Shown piece after piece: positions 45,626-54,152 of a stretch of 55,474 nt of DNA (its first letter is position 1; each line of letters starts with the position of its first letter). Below the pieces are notes generated by a model. That model made no database searches and was not told where the DNA came from. It worked only from the letters and a program-made list of their open reading frames with translations. A program made the position numbers and the translations under genes. The stretch comes from a virus (taxonomy: Duplodnaviria > Caudoviricetes). The stretch covers positions 1 to 55,474 of IMG/VR virus record IMGVR_UViG_3300037993_000105; one strand, written 5' to 3'.

Positions 45626-48058
45626 ATGAAGGTTCTCGATCCCAAACCGCTGCTCAATGTGACGGTGATTCATCCGGACACTGTTGCAGAACTCATCACT
45701 TGGCTGGCAAGTAAGCCTGTCTTCGGGTGGGATGTGGAAACGACCGTCACGAAGACGTTCTTCGACCGCAAAACCCGAACGATGCAGTTCGGATGGTCCG
45801 ACCGCCAATTTTTTGTCGATCTCTTAGAATTTTGTGACGGGCGCTCTGACCTGCTGTCTGAGGTCCAAGGAAACTACGGCCAGAATCTGTTCGCTGCCCC
45901 GAAGCTGAAGGCGTTTCTCGGAGCAATCAGCCCGTACCTGTGCTCCAACCAGCATCTAAAGGTGGGCGTCAACCTCGGGTTCGAATATACGTGCATGTAT
46001 TGGGGCTTTGGAATCTCCCCCTATGGATTCTATGGATGCGACATTGTTGAGCGCGTCCGGACCGCTGGCGCGCACTCCCTCGAAGACTATCCCTACTTCT
46101 CCATGGAACAAATGATGGAGCGGTACTGCGATGCCGAGATTGACAAAACTCTACAGACTTCGTTTAACCTCACAGACCCCATTACCGAAGCACAGATCGA
46201 GTACGCCGTCCTTGACACGCGGCTCCCTGTAGCAATCAGGTTCCGACAACTGAACGGGTACAATCGCCCGAACGGCAGTCATGTGCCGAGTATAGTTGAG
46301 GAGGGTCTGGCGCGAATCTGTCAGATCGAGAATGACTGCATTATGTCATTCGAGCAGTTTCACATCCACGGTGAAAAGATTGACCGCCCGAAATGGAAAG
46401 AGCGCGTCGACGGCCTGATGGTCAAGCGGTCGGGTGCGCTCTCCCAGCTCGATTCTATATTCGTCCCGCTCGTCGGCAGCAAGACGAACGATATCGTCAC
46501 TGATGGGATGGTGCAGGAGGCAAATGATAAGTGGCGGGTCATCAAGAACACCAAAGACCCTCTGCGCATCGAATACAAGGCTGTGGCGGGCGCGCTGGGC
46601 AAGAAGCGTACTTGGTGTAAGGAAATGCTGGAGAACGCGCAGGGCGAGGCTCTAATCAACTACGGCTCGCCATCTGTCATGCTGAAAGCGCTGCGGCAGT
46701 ACTTCCCCGAACTCAGAACCCTGAAGACGACAAACGACGAGGACATGCAACCGTTCGGGTCGCAAGACGGCAACGGCAAGGTCGTGCGAGTCGGTCACCC
46801 GGCTATTGACGCCCTGAGGGATTATAGAGAATACGACAAACAGATCACGACGTATGGTGAAGAGTGGATCACGGAGTGGAGCACGCACCCCTGCAACGAC
46901 GAGGGCTGGCTTAGCCCGTTCGATGGCAAGCTGCACTCGCGATACAACCAGCTCGCCGCCGAGACAGGCCGCTCCTCTTCGGACAACCCGAATGGACAGA
47001 ACCTTCCGCGGGATAAGGAATGCCGCAAATGCTTCATTGCCGAAATAGGGTATGTCTACGTCACTTGCGATATGAGCGGAGCGGAGCTTCGCATCCTCGC
47101 AGAACTTTCGAATGCCGCCATCTGGATTGCAGCCTTCGTGCGCGGGGAGGATGTTCACTCCGTCTGCTGCGAAATTCTCTTCCCGGCTGAGTGGCTGGCG
47201 AACGCCGATCCCGATTGCACGTATTATGCACTCAGTGCCGAAGGAAAGCCGAAGCACCAAAAGTGCAAGTGCAAAAAGCACAACGCCCGACGTGATGTCA
47301 CCAAGACGCTCAATTTCGGAATTGCGTATGGCATGGTTGCTGCGACACTTGCCCGCCGAGCCAACATTACGATTGAAGAAGCCGAACTGGTCATTGATGC
47401 TTGGATGAACCGCTTCGCAGATATCTGGAACTATCTTGAGCAGTCAGGACGCAATGCCAGAAAGTACATGAAGGCGTTCAGTATGTTTGGACGCCGACGA
47501 ATCTTCCCGCAGCCGACGAAGGAAAAGGCGCGCGCGAAAATAGTCAAGTACTGGAAAGATTCTATTGCGTACAGCCCCGTGGTAGCGGAGGCGCGCATCA
47601 ATGCGTGGATGGAGGAGAACAAGACCGAGGTCATCAACAAGAAGACCGGCGCGGTGACTTACAAGCTGAAGAAGCCCGTCGGTGAAGTCAAGTTCTGGTT
47701 GACGCACCGCGAACCGACCGAGGCCGAGATCACAAAGTCCATGCGGTCCATGATGTCTGGCATTGAGCGGCAAGGGAAGAACCTGCCGATGCAAGCGACG
47801 AACATAGACATTGCCAAGCTGGCGATGGGATGCGGTTATGACCCTCAGGGCAAGCCGTACCTCTTCCACATCTTGCCGAAATATAATGCACGGCTTATAA
47901 AGTTTGTTCACGACGAATTGGTCGCAACGTGCCCTGAGGAGCACGGTCAGGCGGTTGCTGCCGAGATCGCGGATGCTTTTAAGCGGGCCGCGTCTGAGGC
48001 GATGACGAAAGTAACCATGGAAGCGGAATTCAACGTCGCCCCGCATTGGGCAAAATAA
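45626..48058 (+). CDS. DNA polymerase family A with 3'-5' exonuclease
   Basis: Exo WDVET, NLGFE, YAVLD; TGRSSS..PN.QNLP; motif A DMSGAELRILA; motif B R...KTLNFG..YG; motif C VHDE. Confidence 0.95.
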   Translation: MKVLDPKPLLNVTVIHPDTVAELITWLASKPVFGWDVETTVTKTFFDRKTRTMQFGWSDRQFFVDLLEFCDGRSDLLSEVQGNYGQNLFAAPKLKAFLGAISPYLCSNQHLKVGVNLGFEYTCMYWGFGISPYGFYGCDIVERVRTAGAHSLEDYPYFSMEQMMERYCDAEIDKTLQTSFNLTDPITEAQIEYAVLDTRLPVAIRFRQLNGYNRPNGSHVPSIVEEGLARICQIENDCIMSFEQFHIHGEKIDRPKWKERVDGLMVKRSGALSQLDSIFVPLVGSKTNDIVTDGMVQEANDKWRVIKNTKDPLRIEYKAVAGALGKKRTWCKEMLENAQGEALINYGSPSVMLKALRQYFPELRTLKTTNDEDMQPFGSQDGNGKVVRVGHPAIDALRDYREYDKQITTYGEEWITEWSTHPCNDEGWLSPFDGKLHSRYNQLAAETGRSSSDNPNGQNLPRDKECRKCFIAEIGYVYVTCDMSGAELRILAELSNAAIWIAAFVRGEDVHSVCCEILFPAEWLANADPDCTYYALSAEGKPKHQKCKCKKHNARRDVTKTLNFGIAYGMVAATLARRANITIEEAELVIDAWMNRFADIWNYLEQSGRNARKYMKAFSMFGRRRIFPQPTKEKARAKIVKYWKDSIAYSPVVAEARINAWMEENKTEVINKKTGAVTYKLKKPVGEVKFWLTHREPTEAEITKSMRSMMSGIERQGKNLPMQATNIDIAKLAMGCGYDPQGKPYLFHILPKYNARLIKFVHDELVATCPEEHGQAVAAEIADAFKRAASEAMTKVTMEAEFNVAPHWAK

Positions 48059-48062
48059 ACAC

Positions 48063-48091
48063 TTGACAACCTTGTTTCCATTTGGTACTAT
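48063..48091 (+). promoter_or_regulatory. Sigma70-type promoter
   Basis: TTGACA-17 nt-TACTAT. Confidence 0.8.
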
Positions 48092-48096
48092 TAATT

Positions 48097-48333
48097 ATGG
48101 AGAAAGAAACGCTGACGAGGACCGAACGACTTCTGGCCGAATACCTTGACAATGAAGGTCAGGCAGTCACGCTGGCACCGTACGTCCACATTCCAGAGGC
48201 CATATATACCCCCGAAGACGGCGTGCGCAAGATGACATCTTTGGAAGAAAGAGAGTGCATAGCAAACGAATTAATCAAGCATCTGGTTGATGTGTTGATG
48301 CTGTATCTGCCGTATCGAGGAGCCACTCCCTGA
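48097..48333 (+). CDS. Hypothetical protein, probably leaderless
   Basis: ATG 5 nt after the -10 box, no SD. Confidence 0.6.
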   Translation: MEKETLTRTERLLAEYLDNEGQAVTLAPYVHIPEAIYTPEDGVRKMTSLEERECIANELIKHLVDVLMLYLPYRGATP

Positions 48334-48350
48334 GTAGACTGGCTGGTGGA

Positions 48351-48487
48351 GGGCTATGGTTCCACTTGCGTGGCTGACCTCAAGAACGATGTTCAATGCC
48401 AGAAACTGGCGCAAGGTGTGCTGCGAATCTGGGCTAGCAGGAAACGCAGCAGGAACATTCGGGCCATGCAAGTGGGACCGTACGCCC
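48351..48487 (+). ncRNA. Unidentified structured RNA
   Basis: 21-bp stem UAUGGUUCCACUUGCGUGGCU/GGCCAUGCAAGUGGGACCGUA with four G.U pairs and no mismatches, enclosing a multibranch domain. Confidence 0.6.
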
Positions 48488-48544
48488 CTATCGTAAGTTA
48501 TTGCAGTATGAAGTCGCAGGCTTGGTTGTCGGACGGCGGTTACC

Positions 48545-48985
48545 ATGGAAGACTTGAACAGGAAAAGAAAACGTCAGCGTGAGTGGGTTGCTAAGCGACG
48601 AAAGAATTGGTTTGCCGCTAATGGCCCTTGCAGGGGGTGCGGCTCTTCGGAGAACCTAGAGATGCATCACATTGACCGCACTGAGAAGGAAGAACACAGA
48701 ATCTTTTCTTGGTCTAAAGCAAGGCGGGAAGTAGAGCTGGTGAAGTGTGTCGTGCTTTGTCATAGCTGCCACCGTAAAGAAACAAATAAGCAGGTTGGTA
48801 CGCGGAGACCTGTTAATCACATTCATGGCACACAGACAGAATACCGTCGTGGATGCAGGTGCGAACCCTGCCGTACTGCAAAGTACGAAGCCATCAAACA
48901 TGAGCGTATGAAGAAACAGGCGACGGTTGCGGACTCGGGTTCGAATCCCGACATCTCCACTGAGGGCACTATCTCAGTGTCCTGA
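48545..48985 (+). CDS. HNH endonuclease overlapping the tmRNA acceptor piece
   Basis: CRGCG...LEMHHID...KCVVLCHSCH; HGT...Y.RGCRC..C. Confidence 0.85.
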   Translation: MEDLNRKRKRQREWVAKRRKNWFAANGPCRGCGSSENLEMHHIDRTEKEEHRIFSWSKARREVELVKCVVLCHSCHRKETNKQVGTRRPVNHIHGTQTEYRRGCRCEPCRTAKYEAIKHERMKKQATVADSGSNPDISTEGTISVS

Positions 48986-49175
48986 GTGGGGATGAAAGGC
49001 GTTCGACGCAGCTGGTTTGTTTGTTTTCGACGTTCCGCACTGACGTGGCTGGCGTAAAATAGACACGTAAACCAATAAATGCTACGACTGAAAAGCCGAA
49101 GGCATTTGCTGCTACTGCCGGAAGGTAGTGAGTAGCTGGGGCGGTCAGAAGCCTAGCAACAGAATATCTGACCAC
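48902..49175 (+). ncRNA. ssrA: Circularly permuted (two-piece) tmRNA: acceptor piece ends 48959, coding piece starts 48988, tag 49081..49128
   Basis: T-arm UCGGGUUCGAAUCCCGA + CAUCUCC-A precedes GGGGAUG...UUCGAC; 7-bp acceptor stem with G3.U70; P2 CGCAGCUG/CGGUUGCG; AUAAAU-GCU resume site; 5' end of the acceptor piece uncertain. Confidence 0.88.
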
Positions 49176-49244
49176 GGGCCGGGAATTCAGTACCGTCAAT
49201 ATCCGGTTTCCTGATAGACCGGCCCGTACAAATTTAGGAGAGGT

Positions 49245-49439
49245 ATGTTAGAGTGGAGGCACGATGTTAAGATCACTGTCGTCCAGTCCGGCGAAGATCA
49301 TGGCACTGCTCATGGCTTCGGAGAGTTTCATTGCAGCGATCTTATATCTCGTGCAAGGGGATGTAAGACACGCTTGCTATTGGGCCTCGTCGGCCTGTAT
49401 CATCTTATCTGTGACGCTGTGAGGAGGAACATAGTATGA
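49245..49439 (+). CDS. Hypothetical protein
   Basis: AGGAGAGG SD; ATGA overlap with next gene. Confidence 0.55.
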   Translation: MLEWRHDVKITVVQSGEDHGTAHGFGEFHCSDLISRARGCKTRLLLGLVGLYHLICDAVRRNIV

Positions 49440-50044
49440 ATCTTTACTTCACCGCCGACGAGCATTATGGACATGACAACCACAACGGCGGCATCATCAA
49501 GATGTGCAATCGTCCGTTCGCTGACCTCGACGACATGCGCGAGCAGCTAATTGCCCGTCACAACTCGAAGGTGCCCGACTCGCCTGACAGCGTGACGGTC
49601 CACCTCGGCGACATGTTCTGGCGGAAGTTGAAGACTCTGGAGTGCGTGGCAATTGTTCTTCGTTTGAACGGGAGACACGTATACATCAACGGCAATCACG
49701 AGGAGGTCTTCAATCGGCCTGAGTCACACAACTTGCGCGTTATGTTCGACGACATCGCCGATGTCAAAATGCTGACGGTCGGCAAGAAGATGATCTGGCT
49801 GAGTCACTACGCCCATCGCTGCTGGCCGAAGTCGCATCAGGGTTCGTACCACGTCTTTGGGCATACGCACGGCGTCATGCCTGATTACCGTCGATCACAT
49901 GATGTCGGCGTCGACGCAAACAATTTCTATCCGGTATCATTCGACGAGTTGGACGCGCGCATGGTCGCGAAGGGCAAGTTACCGCCTGACGAGGTCGAGC
50001 AGGACATGCTTGACCATCCGTGGCCCAAAGTGGAGGGGAAATGA
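49436..50044 (+). CDS. Calcineurin-like metallophosphoesterase
   Basis: FTADEHYGH, HLGD, GNHE, LSHY, FGHTH, DVGVD. Confidence 0.9.
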   Translation: MNLYFTADEHYGHDNHNGGIIKMCNRPFADLDDMREQLIARHNSKVPDSPDSVTVHLGDMFWRKLKTLECVAIVLRLNGRHVYINGNHEEVFNRPESHNLRVMFDDIADVKMLTVGKKMIWLSHYAHRCWPKSHQGSYHVFGHTHGVMPDYRRSHDVGVDANNFYPVSFDELDARMVAKGKLPPDEVEQDMLDHPWPKVEGK

Positions 50045-50217
50045 ACGATTTCACTAAGATGATTGTCATGATGGTGACGTACCTGTCCGTCTTGATTTGT
50101 GCTGTATTTTTTGTGATGTCGTGCTTCGTCCATCAGCCCGTCGGAATGTTCTGGTATGGGCTTGGTCTCATTGGATTCGGCGCGGGGTTGCGGGCACAAG
50201 TCAAACTCTGGTTCTGA
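50041..50217 (+). CDS. Small 2-TM membrane protein
   Basis: GGAGGGG SD; two hydrophobic segments. Confidence 0.6.
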   Translation: MNDFTKMIVMMVTYLSVLICAVFFVMSCFVHQPVGMFWYGLGLIGFGAGLRAQVKLWF

Positions 50218-50218
50218 T

Positions 50219-50635
50219 ATGGCATATAAGCGACCTTTTGCGGAAGCGCATGTCTTCGACATTTATATAGATGGTTTGTCGAACAACAACGTCATCATAG
50301 ATGAGGCTTTTGATGTCAGCGATCCGGTCCAGCGCTGGAGATTGTACTGCGAGAAGTGTGGTGCCACACTGACTTATAGTGATGTGTCCGTGGTTGAGAT
50401 GGCGGAAAAGTACAGGTTTGGAGCAACTGTTGATGCGAAGGTCAGTGCGTTTTGCAAGGCGCATTGCCATCAGGTCAAGCACGACACCGTCAAGATGTAC
50501 GACGACTTGCCTAGTAAGAAGCCGCTGCCGATACAGATTGTAAAACTTGCGCCGATTCCAATCACCAAAACATTGCCAGCGCCTGAGTACCCGACGCCGC
50601 TACCGCTGAAAAGGTCAGGAAGGAAAGTTCGATGA
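50219..50635 (+). CDS. Hypothetical protein with CxxC..C..H.H
   Basis: Start MAYKR just after the previous stop; ATGA overlap downstream. Confidence 0.6.
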   Translation: MAYKRPFAEAHVFDIYIDGLSNNNVIIDEAFDVSDPVQRWRLYCEKCGATLTYSDVSVVEMAEKYRFGATVDAKVSAFCKAHCHQVKHDTVKMYDDLPSKKPLPIQIVKLAPIPITKTLPAPEYPTPLPLKRSGRKVR

Positions 50636-51075
50636 AACTATCTGATACAGAGAAAATGGAACAAGAGCCCCGCCTTTGGGAGATCACCGCGGCATGCTAT
50701 ACTGGGGTTCAACTTCCTGCTCGTCTGGATTTTGGTCGATTCTTGAAACACGGTGACGTGTTCGTGAGATATGAGATTTACAAGATTGCTGCTAGTTATG
50801 CGCTGGTGACCCCCGGTTGGGGAGATGATGCCACACCACTAATTCGCAGCATTGCGACAGAACCAAATTACCGTGCAAACGGACATGCGGGGTCGCTGCT
50901 CGACGAATTGGCTGGTTTCTACAAAGCACAGGACATCAGACAGATCATCCTGCACTGTAAGTCCGACAACCCAGCCCAGACGCTGTACTTCAAAGCGGGC
51001 TACCGAGTCACCGCAATTCTACGCAACTACTACAGGCCCGAAGGTGATGGGCTAGAAATGAGGAAAATATTATGA
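50632..51075 (+). CDS. GNAT (RimI-like) acetyltransferase
   Basis: IRSIAT.PNYRANGHAGSLL, LHC..DNPAQ.LY.K.GY....RNYY. Confidence 0.85.
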   Translation: MKLSDTEKMEQEPRLWEITAACYTGVQLPARLDFGRFLKHGDVFVRYEIYKIAASYALVTPGWGDDATPLIRSIATEPNYRANGHAGSLLDELAGFYKAQDIRQIILHCKSDNPAQTLYFKAGYRVTAILRNYYRPEGDGLEMRKIL

Positions 51076-51560
51076 ACACGGAAAACATGATGTATGATGC
51101 GCCTGTGGGGGATTACGAAGGCATGGAAGAGTCAGTGCCGTGCTGCCAGCGCCCAAGTTGTGTGCCCCGCGAGGCTGAGTGCACGGGCGAACCGGGCGAG
51201 ACTGACCTACTTATTGCTGATCTTCAGCAACAGTTGGAAAAGGCGACGGCAAAGGCTGAGACATACATAGATATGTACAACGCCGCATATGCAGAGTGGA
51301 AACTCTCTGATGCCACACTTGCACGCGCTGTGGAGCGAGTGGACCAGCTGACGGCGAAGGCTGATGCATACGAACGTGCGTACGTGGAGCGAAGGAACTA
51401 CTGGAAAAACGAAATGCGCAAGCTGTACGACATCTCATTAGACCGATACAGGCAGATTCGTGTGCTTGAGCAGCGGCTGTCTGAGGGTTGGTGGACGAAG
51501 CTCACTCGTTGGGTCAAGAACGATTGGGAGTACAACATCTATGAAGACTACCAACGCTAA
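51072..51560 (+). CDS. Hypothetical coiled-coil protein
   Basis: ATGA overlap; heptad pattern. Confidence 0.65.
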   Translation: MNTENMMYDAPVGDYEGMEESVPCCQRPSCVPREAECTGEPGETDLLIADLQQQLEKATAKAETYIDMYNAAYAEWKLSDATLARAVERVDQLTAKADAYERAYVERRNYWKNEMRKLYDISLDRYRQIRVLEQRLSEGWWTKLTRWVKNDWEYNIYEDYQR

Positions 51561-51584
51561 TTTCGCCCAAAAATTTGGAGGAGT

Positions 51585-51824
51585 ATGAAACAGCAGAAGT
51601 GGTTCATTACAGCATTTCTTTACGCGATTGACGAGTACGGGCTTCGGTGCGGTCGTTGCACCGTCGACGTCCCGGTTGACCTCAGCGGCTCAATCCCGAC
51701 CGTACCATGCGTCGTCAGGTTGGGCAAGTTGACATTCGTGCGGACAAACACCTGCCCACTGATCTATGAATCCGTAGCCATTGCGACCATCAAGAAAGTA
51801 GTGAGGGATTGGAGGCCGCTATGA
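51585..51824 (+). CDS. Hypothetical protein
   Basis: GGAGGAG SD. Confidence 0.6.
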   Translation: MKQQKWFITAFLYAIDEYGLRCGRCTVDVPVDLSGSIPTVPCVVRLGKLTFVRTNTCPLIYESVAIATIKKVVRDWRPL

Positions 51825-52036
51825 CCAAGCAGGAGATTGAGAACATTCGTGCCAAGATGCAGGACGAACTCGACTCGTTGAAAGAGGCGACCGAGATGTG
51901 GCGCGCGGAAGCTCCCGGTCGGGACTTGCTGCATCCTTCGCACCCCGAGTTGACGGCGTACCTCTTGAAACAGTTAAAGATCGCCGACTCAAACTATGAC
52001 CGTTTGTGTGAAGAGTTTGCAGAGGAGGAACTGTGA
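51821..52036 (+). CDS. Hypothetical protein
   Basis: GGAGG SD; ATGA overlap. Confidence 0.6.
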   Translation: MTKQEIENIRAKMQDELDSLKEATEMWRAEAPGRDLLHPSHPELTAYLLKQLKIADSNYDRLCEEFAEEEL

Positions 52037-52050
52037 ACACGATTATTTAC

Positions 52051-52079
52051 TTGACAAGTTTTATCCCACATGCAATACT
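52051..52079 (+). promoter_or_regulatory. Sigma70-type promoter
   Basis: TTGACA-17 nt-AATACT in an AT-rich intergenic gap. Confidence 0.65.
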
Positions 52080-52130
52080 GTTCCTGTTGTTAATCGAAAA
52101 CCGCCTGACTAGCGGCTTAGGAGAATCCAA

Positions 52131-52592
52131 ATGAAAAAGCAACTGACCGCCGAACAACTGACCGCGCTGCAAACTTACGCCTCGGAGCATGGGCGCAACT
52201 GGAAGTCCGCTCTTCACGATTCGTGGATGACCGGGAATTATGACGGTTCCGTCGATGCAGGACCGTTGCAGCAAATTCGCAACACTTTCGGCCCTACTTG
52301 GCTGGTCCGTTTCAACCTCAAGAAGGCCGCTGCCGACACTCAGCATCCGTTGAGCGGGAACAGACCGGGGAATCCCATACTCAAGGCTATGGATAAACTG
52401 GTCGAGGAAGCCGAGATCGAAAACCCAGTCTTTGACGACCTGAAAGGAGCGGCCAAGATGCTTGACCAAGCATTGAGCCGCCTCCATCCCTCGCTCGAAC
52501 TTTACAAGGACATCAAGAAAGTGGATGAGCAATTGGACTGTGTTCGCCTGTCGCTCGAAGAAGGCGACTACTACAGCCAGAGGGAGCGGTGA
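52131..52592 (+). CDS. Hypothetical early protein
   Basis: AGGAG SD; HGRNWKS.L...W..G...LQQIRN.FGP.WL motif. Confidence 0.7.
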   Translation: MKKQLTAEQLTALQTYASEHGRNWKSALHDSWMTGNYDGSVDAGPLQQIRNTFGPTWLVRFNLKKAAADTQHPLSGNRPGNPILKAMDKLVEEAEIENPVFDDLKGAAKMLDQALSRLHPSLELYKDIKKVDEQLDCVRLSLEEGDYYSQRER

Positions 52593-52595
52593 GCC

Positions 52596-52814
52596 ATGAT
52601 CCGCACAGCGAAGGTTCTTTTCTGTGATAACGAACACGGCATCGGCAACCGCACCTTCCCAGAGATGGGCCGCGTCGATGACCAGACTTTCATTGAGCCG
52701 ATGAGCGCAGCACAGTTGCGCAAAAAGGCGAAGGTCGAAGGGTGGACTCGGGTAGATGGAGTGGACTATTGCCCGGACTGTTCGTATGTGGACCCGCTTA
52801 ACTTCGCCAGGTGA
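52596..52814 (+). CDS. Small Zn-finger-like protein
   Basis: CD ... A..EGW......DYCP.C. Confidence 0.65.
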   Translation: MIRTAKVLFCDNEHGIGNRTFPEMGRVDDQTFIEPMSAAQLRKKAKVEGWTRVDGVDYCPDCSYVDPLNFAR

Positions 52815-52858
52815 CCTGTGATCCACTTTCATTCGCGGAACTCGTCAGGTAAATAATC

Positions 52859-53047
52859 GTGACTGTGAAAACACTTTTACTGCACGACTCTCTCAACCCG
52901 GCCCGCATCGTCCCGATGGACCCCGCGGACTTCTCGATTGCTGTCCCGTACATGACAGGATCACTGGTGTACGCCAAGGGTAACGATCAACCTGTTATGG
53001 TCCACGAGACCCCTGAAGATATTGCTATCATGCTGGAGGCGGAATGA
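52859..53047 (+). CDS. Hypothetical protein
   Basis: V.ETPE.I C-terminal motif; ATGA overlap. Confidence 0.55.
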   Translation: MTVKTLLLHDSLNPARIVPMDPADFSIAVPYMTGSLVYAKGNDQPVMVHETPEDIAIMLEAE

Positions 53048-53316
53048 ACGAGCGCATAAAGCTTGTTTTCTGGGGCTGGGGGGTTGAATTCGGTCGCTAC
53101 TTCTGTGGCGGCGCGCCGGGAGTTCCTGTGATATATTACTGGGGTGTCGGCCTGCATTGGCGCACCTGCTGGGACAAAGAGATTGCGGGCAACTGGGTTT
53201 GGAGAGTCCGCTACTGGTACTCAGCATACCAACACGTCCCGATATTTGCTGAGGAGGTGCTGTACCGCGAGCGAGTGAATGTCATGAGAAAGAAATTTGG
53301 ATTGGAGGAGAAATGA
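53044..53316 (+). CDS. Hypothetical Trp-rich protein
   Basis: GGAGG SD; overlapping start/stop chain. Confidence 0.6.
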   Translation: MNERIKLVFWGWGVEFGRYFCGGAPGVPVIYYWGVGLHWRTCWDKEIAGNWVWRVRYWYSAYQHVPIFAEEVLYRERVNVMRKKFGLEEK

Positions 53317-53750
53317 ATCAAAATTTTGAAGGAAAACCGATCTTAGTAAATTTGCGAGAAATGCTTGACAAACCTGAGATGTTAGAATATCTGGAGAAAG
53401 GGGGGTACACGATTGACTGGACTGCTGTCTATAAGGTGATGCAGGGATTGGAGGGAGATATGTACACGCCTGTGCAGTTGAGGGCCGCGGCTAAGTTGCT
53501 CTGGAATGCTGTGAGGTATGTCAAAGACCGCGGGCTTGGCAAGGCCGAGGGCGACTACATCACAGGCTGGACTTCGCTCCCCCTGTATCAACCGGTTTAC
53601 ATCTCTGCCACCTGCATCCTGACTGATCTGGCTTTTCGAGCCAGTGATTTAGCTGAAGCCAAAGCGGGATTCGCGAGCAACGACACAGCCGACATTTTGT
53701 TTGATAAGAGCGCGAGAGTTCATTGCCGCGGAATTGCGGCTAAGGAGTAA
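53313..53750 (+). CDS. Hypothetical protein
   Basis: GGAGGAG SD; ATGA overlap. Confidence 0.65.
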   Translation: MNQNFEGKPILVNLREMLDKPEMLEYLEKGGYTIDWTAVYKVMQGLEGDMYTPVQLRAAAKLLWNAVRYVKDRGLGKAEGDYITGWTSLPLYQPVYISATCILTDLAFRASDLAEAKAGFASNDTADILFDKSARVHCRGIAAKE

Positions 53751-53753
53751 GTC

Positions 53754-54140
53754 ATGGTAGAACTACCGAAGGGTGTTTACGCGTTTTACGGAAAGAAGTT
53801 TATAGAGGCTTACGAAGCCGCAGGCGGCGCACTGGACGATATTTCTACGTGCATACACGACAGACTTGAGCGTTTGGCGGCAGAGGCAGGGACCGCCGCC
53901 GCCCAACAGCAGAAAGCACCGCCGGTGCCTGAGCCGACGCCAAACAACAAATGCGGTGAGCAAAAGATGTGTAGATGTAATTACTCCGCAGAAGGTTTGT
54001 GGGGAAGTGCGATCTCGTTCAAGTGCCCTGTGCACGGCGATATCACGATTGACCGCCGCTGTCCTCCCATGTCAAGCATGAGCATAAGCCCAGCCCAGTA
54101 TATTGGCCCGGACAGCTTCCGTTTGCCGGGCGGTCGATAA
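53754..54140 (+). CDS. Hypothetical protein with C.C...CPVHG motif
   Basis: AAGGAG SD. Confidence 0.6.
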   Translation: MVELPKGVYAFYGKKFIEAYEAAGGALDDISTCIHDRLERLAAEAGTAAAQQQKAPPVPEPTPNNKCGEQKMCRCNYSAEGLWGSAISFKCPVHGDITIDRRCPPMSSMSISPAQYIGPDSFRLPGGR

Positions 54141-54152
54141 GGAGAAGAGAGA

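Noticed and set aside
45626-48058. Intein or intron in the polymerase (also checked TerL and portal)
   Set aside because: Frames are continuous, with no C/S...HN intein ends and no P1/P7 signatures noticed.
48346-48582. 78-aa ORF over the structured RNA
   Set aside because: No SD or motifs; the G.U-rich stem is better explained as ncRNA.
48925-48960. tRNA gene or attP-like tRNA fragment
   Set aside because: No D or anticodon arm upstream; it pairs with the downstream GGGGAUG as a permuted tmRNA, and no integrase was recognised.
52047-52832. Long antisense ORFs (e.g. 52047..52832 -, 27692..28546 +, 42635..43291 -, 46652..47281 -)
   Set aside because: Shadow frames opposite well-supported genes, with no SD or motifs.
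53366-53389. TTGACA...TAGAAT promoter
   Set aside because: Spacer is only 12 nt and it lies inside a CDS.
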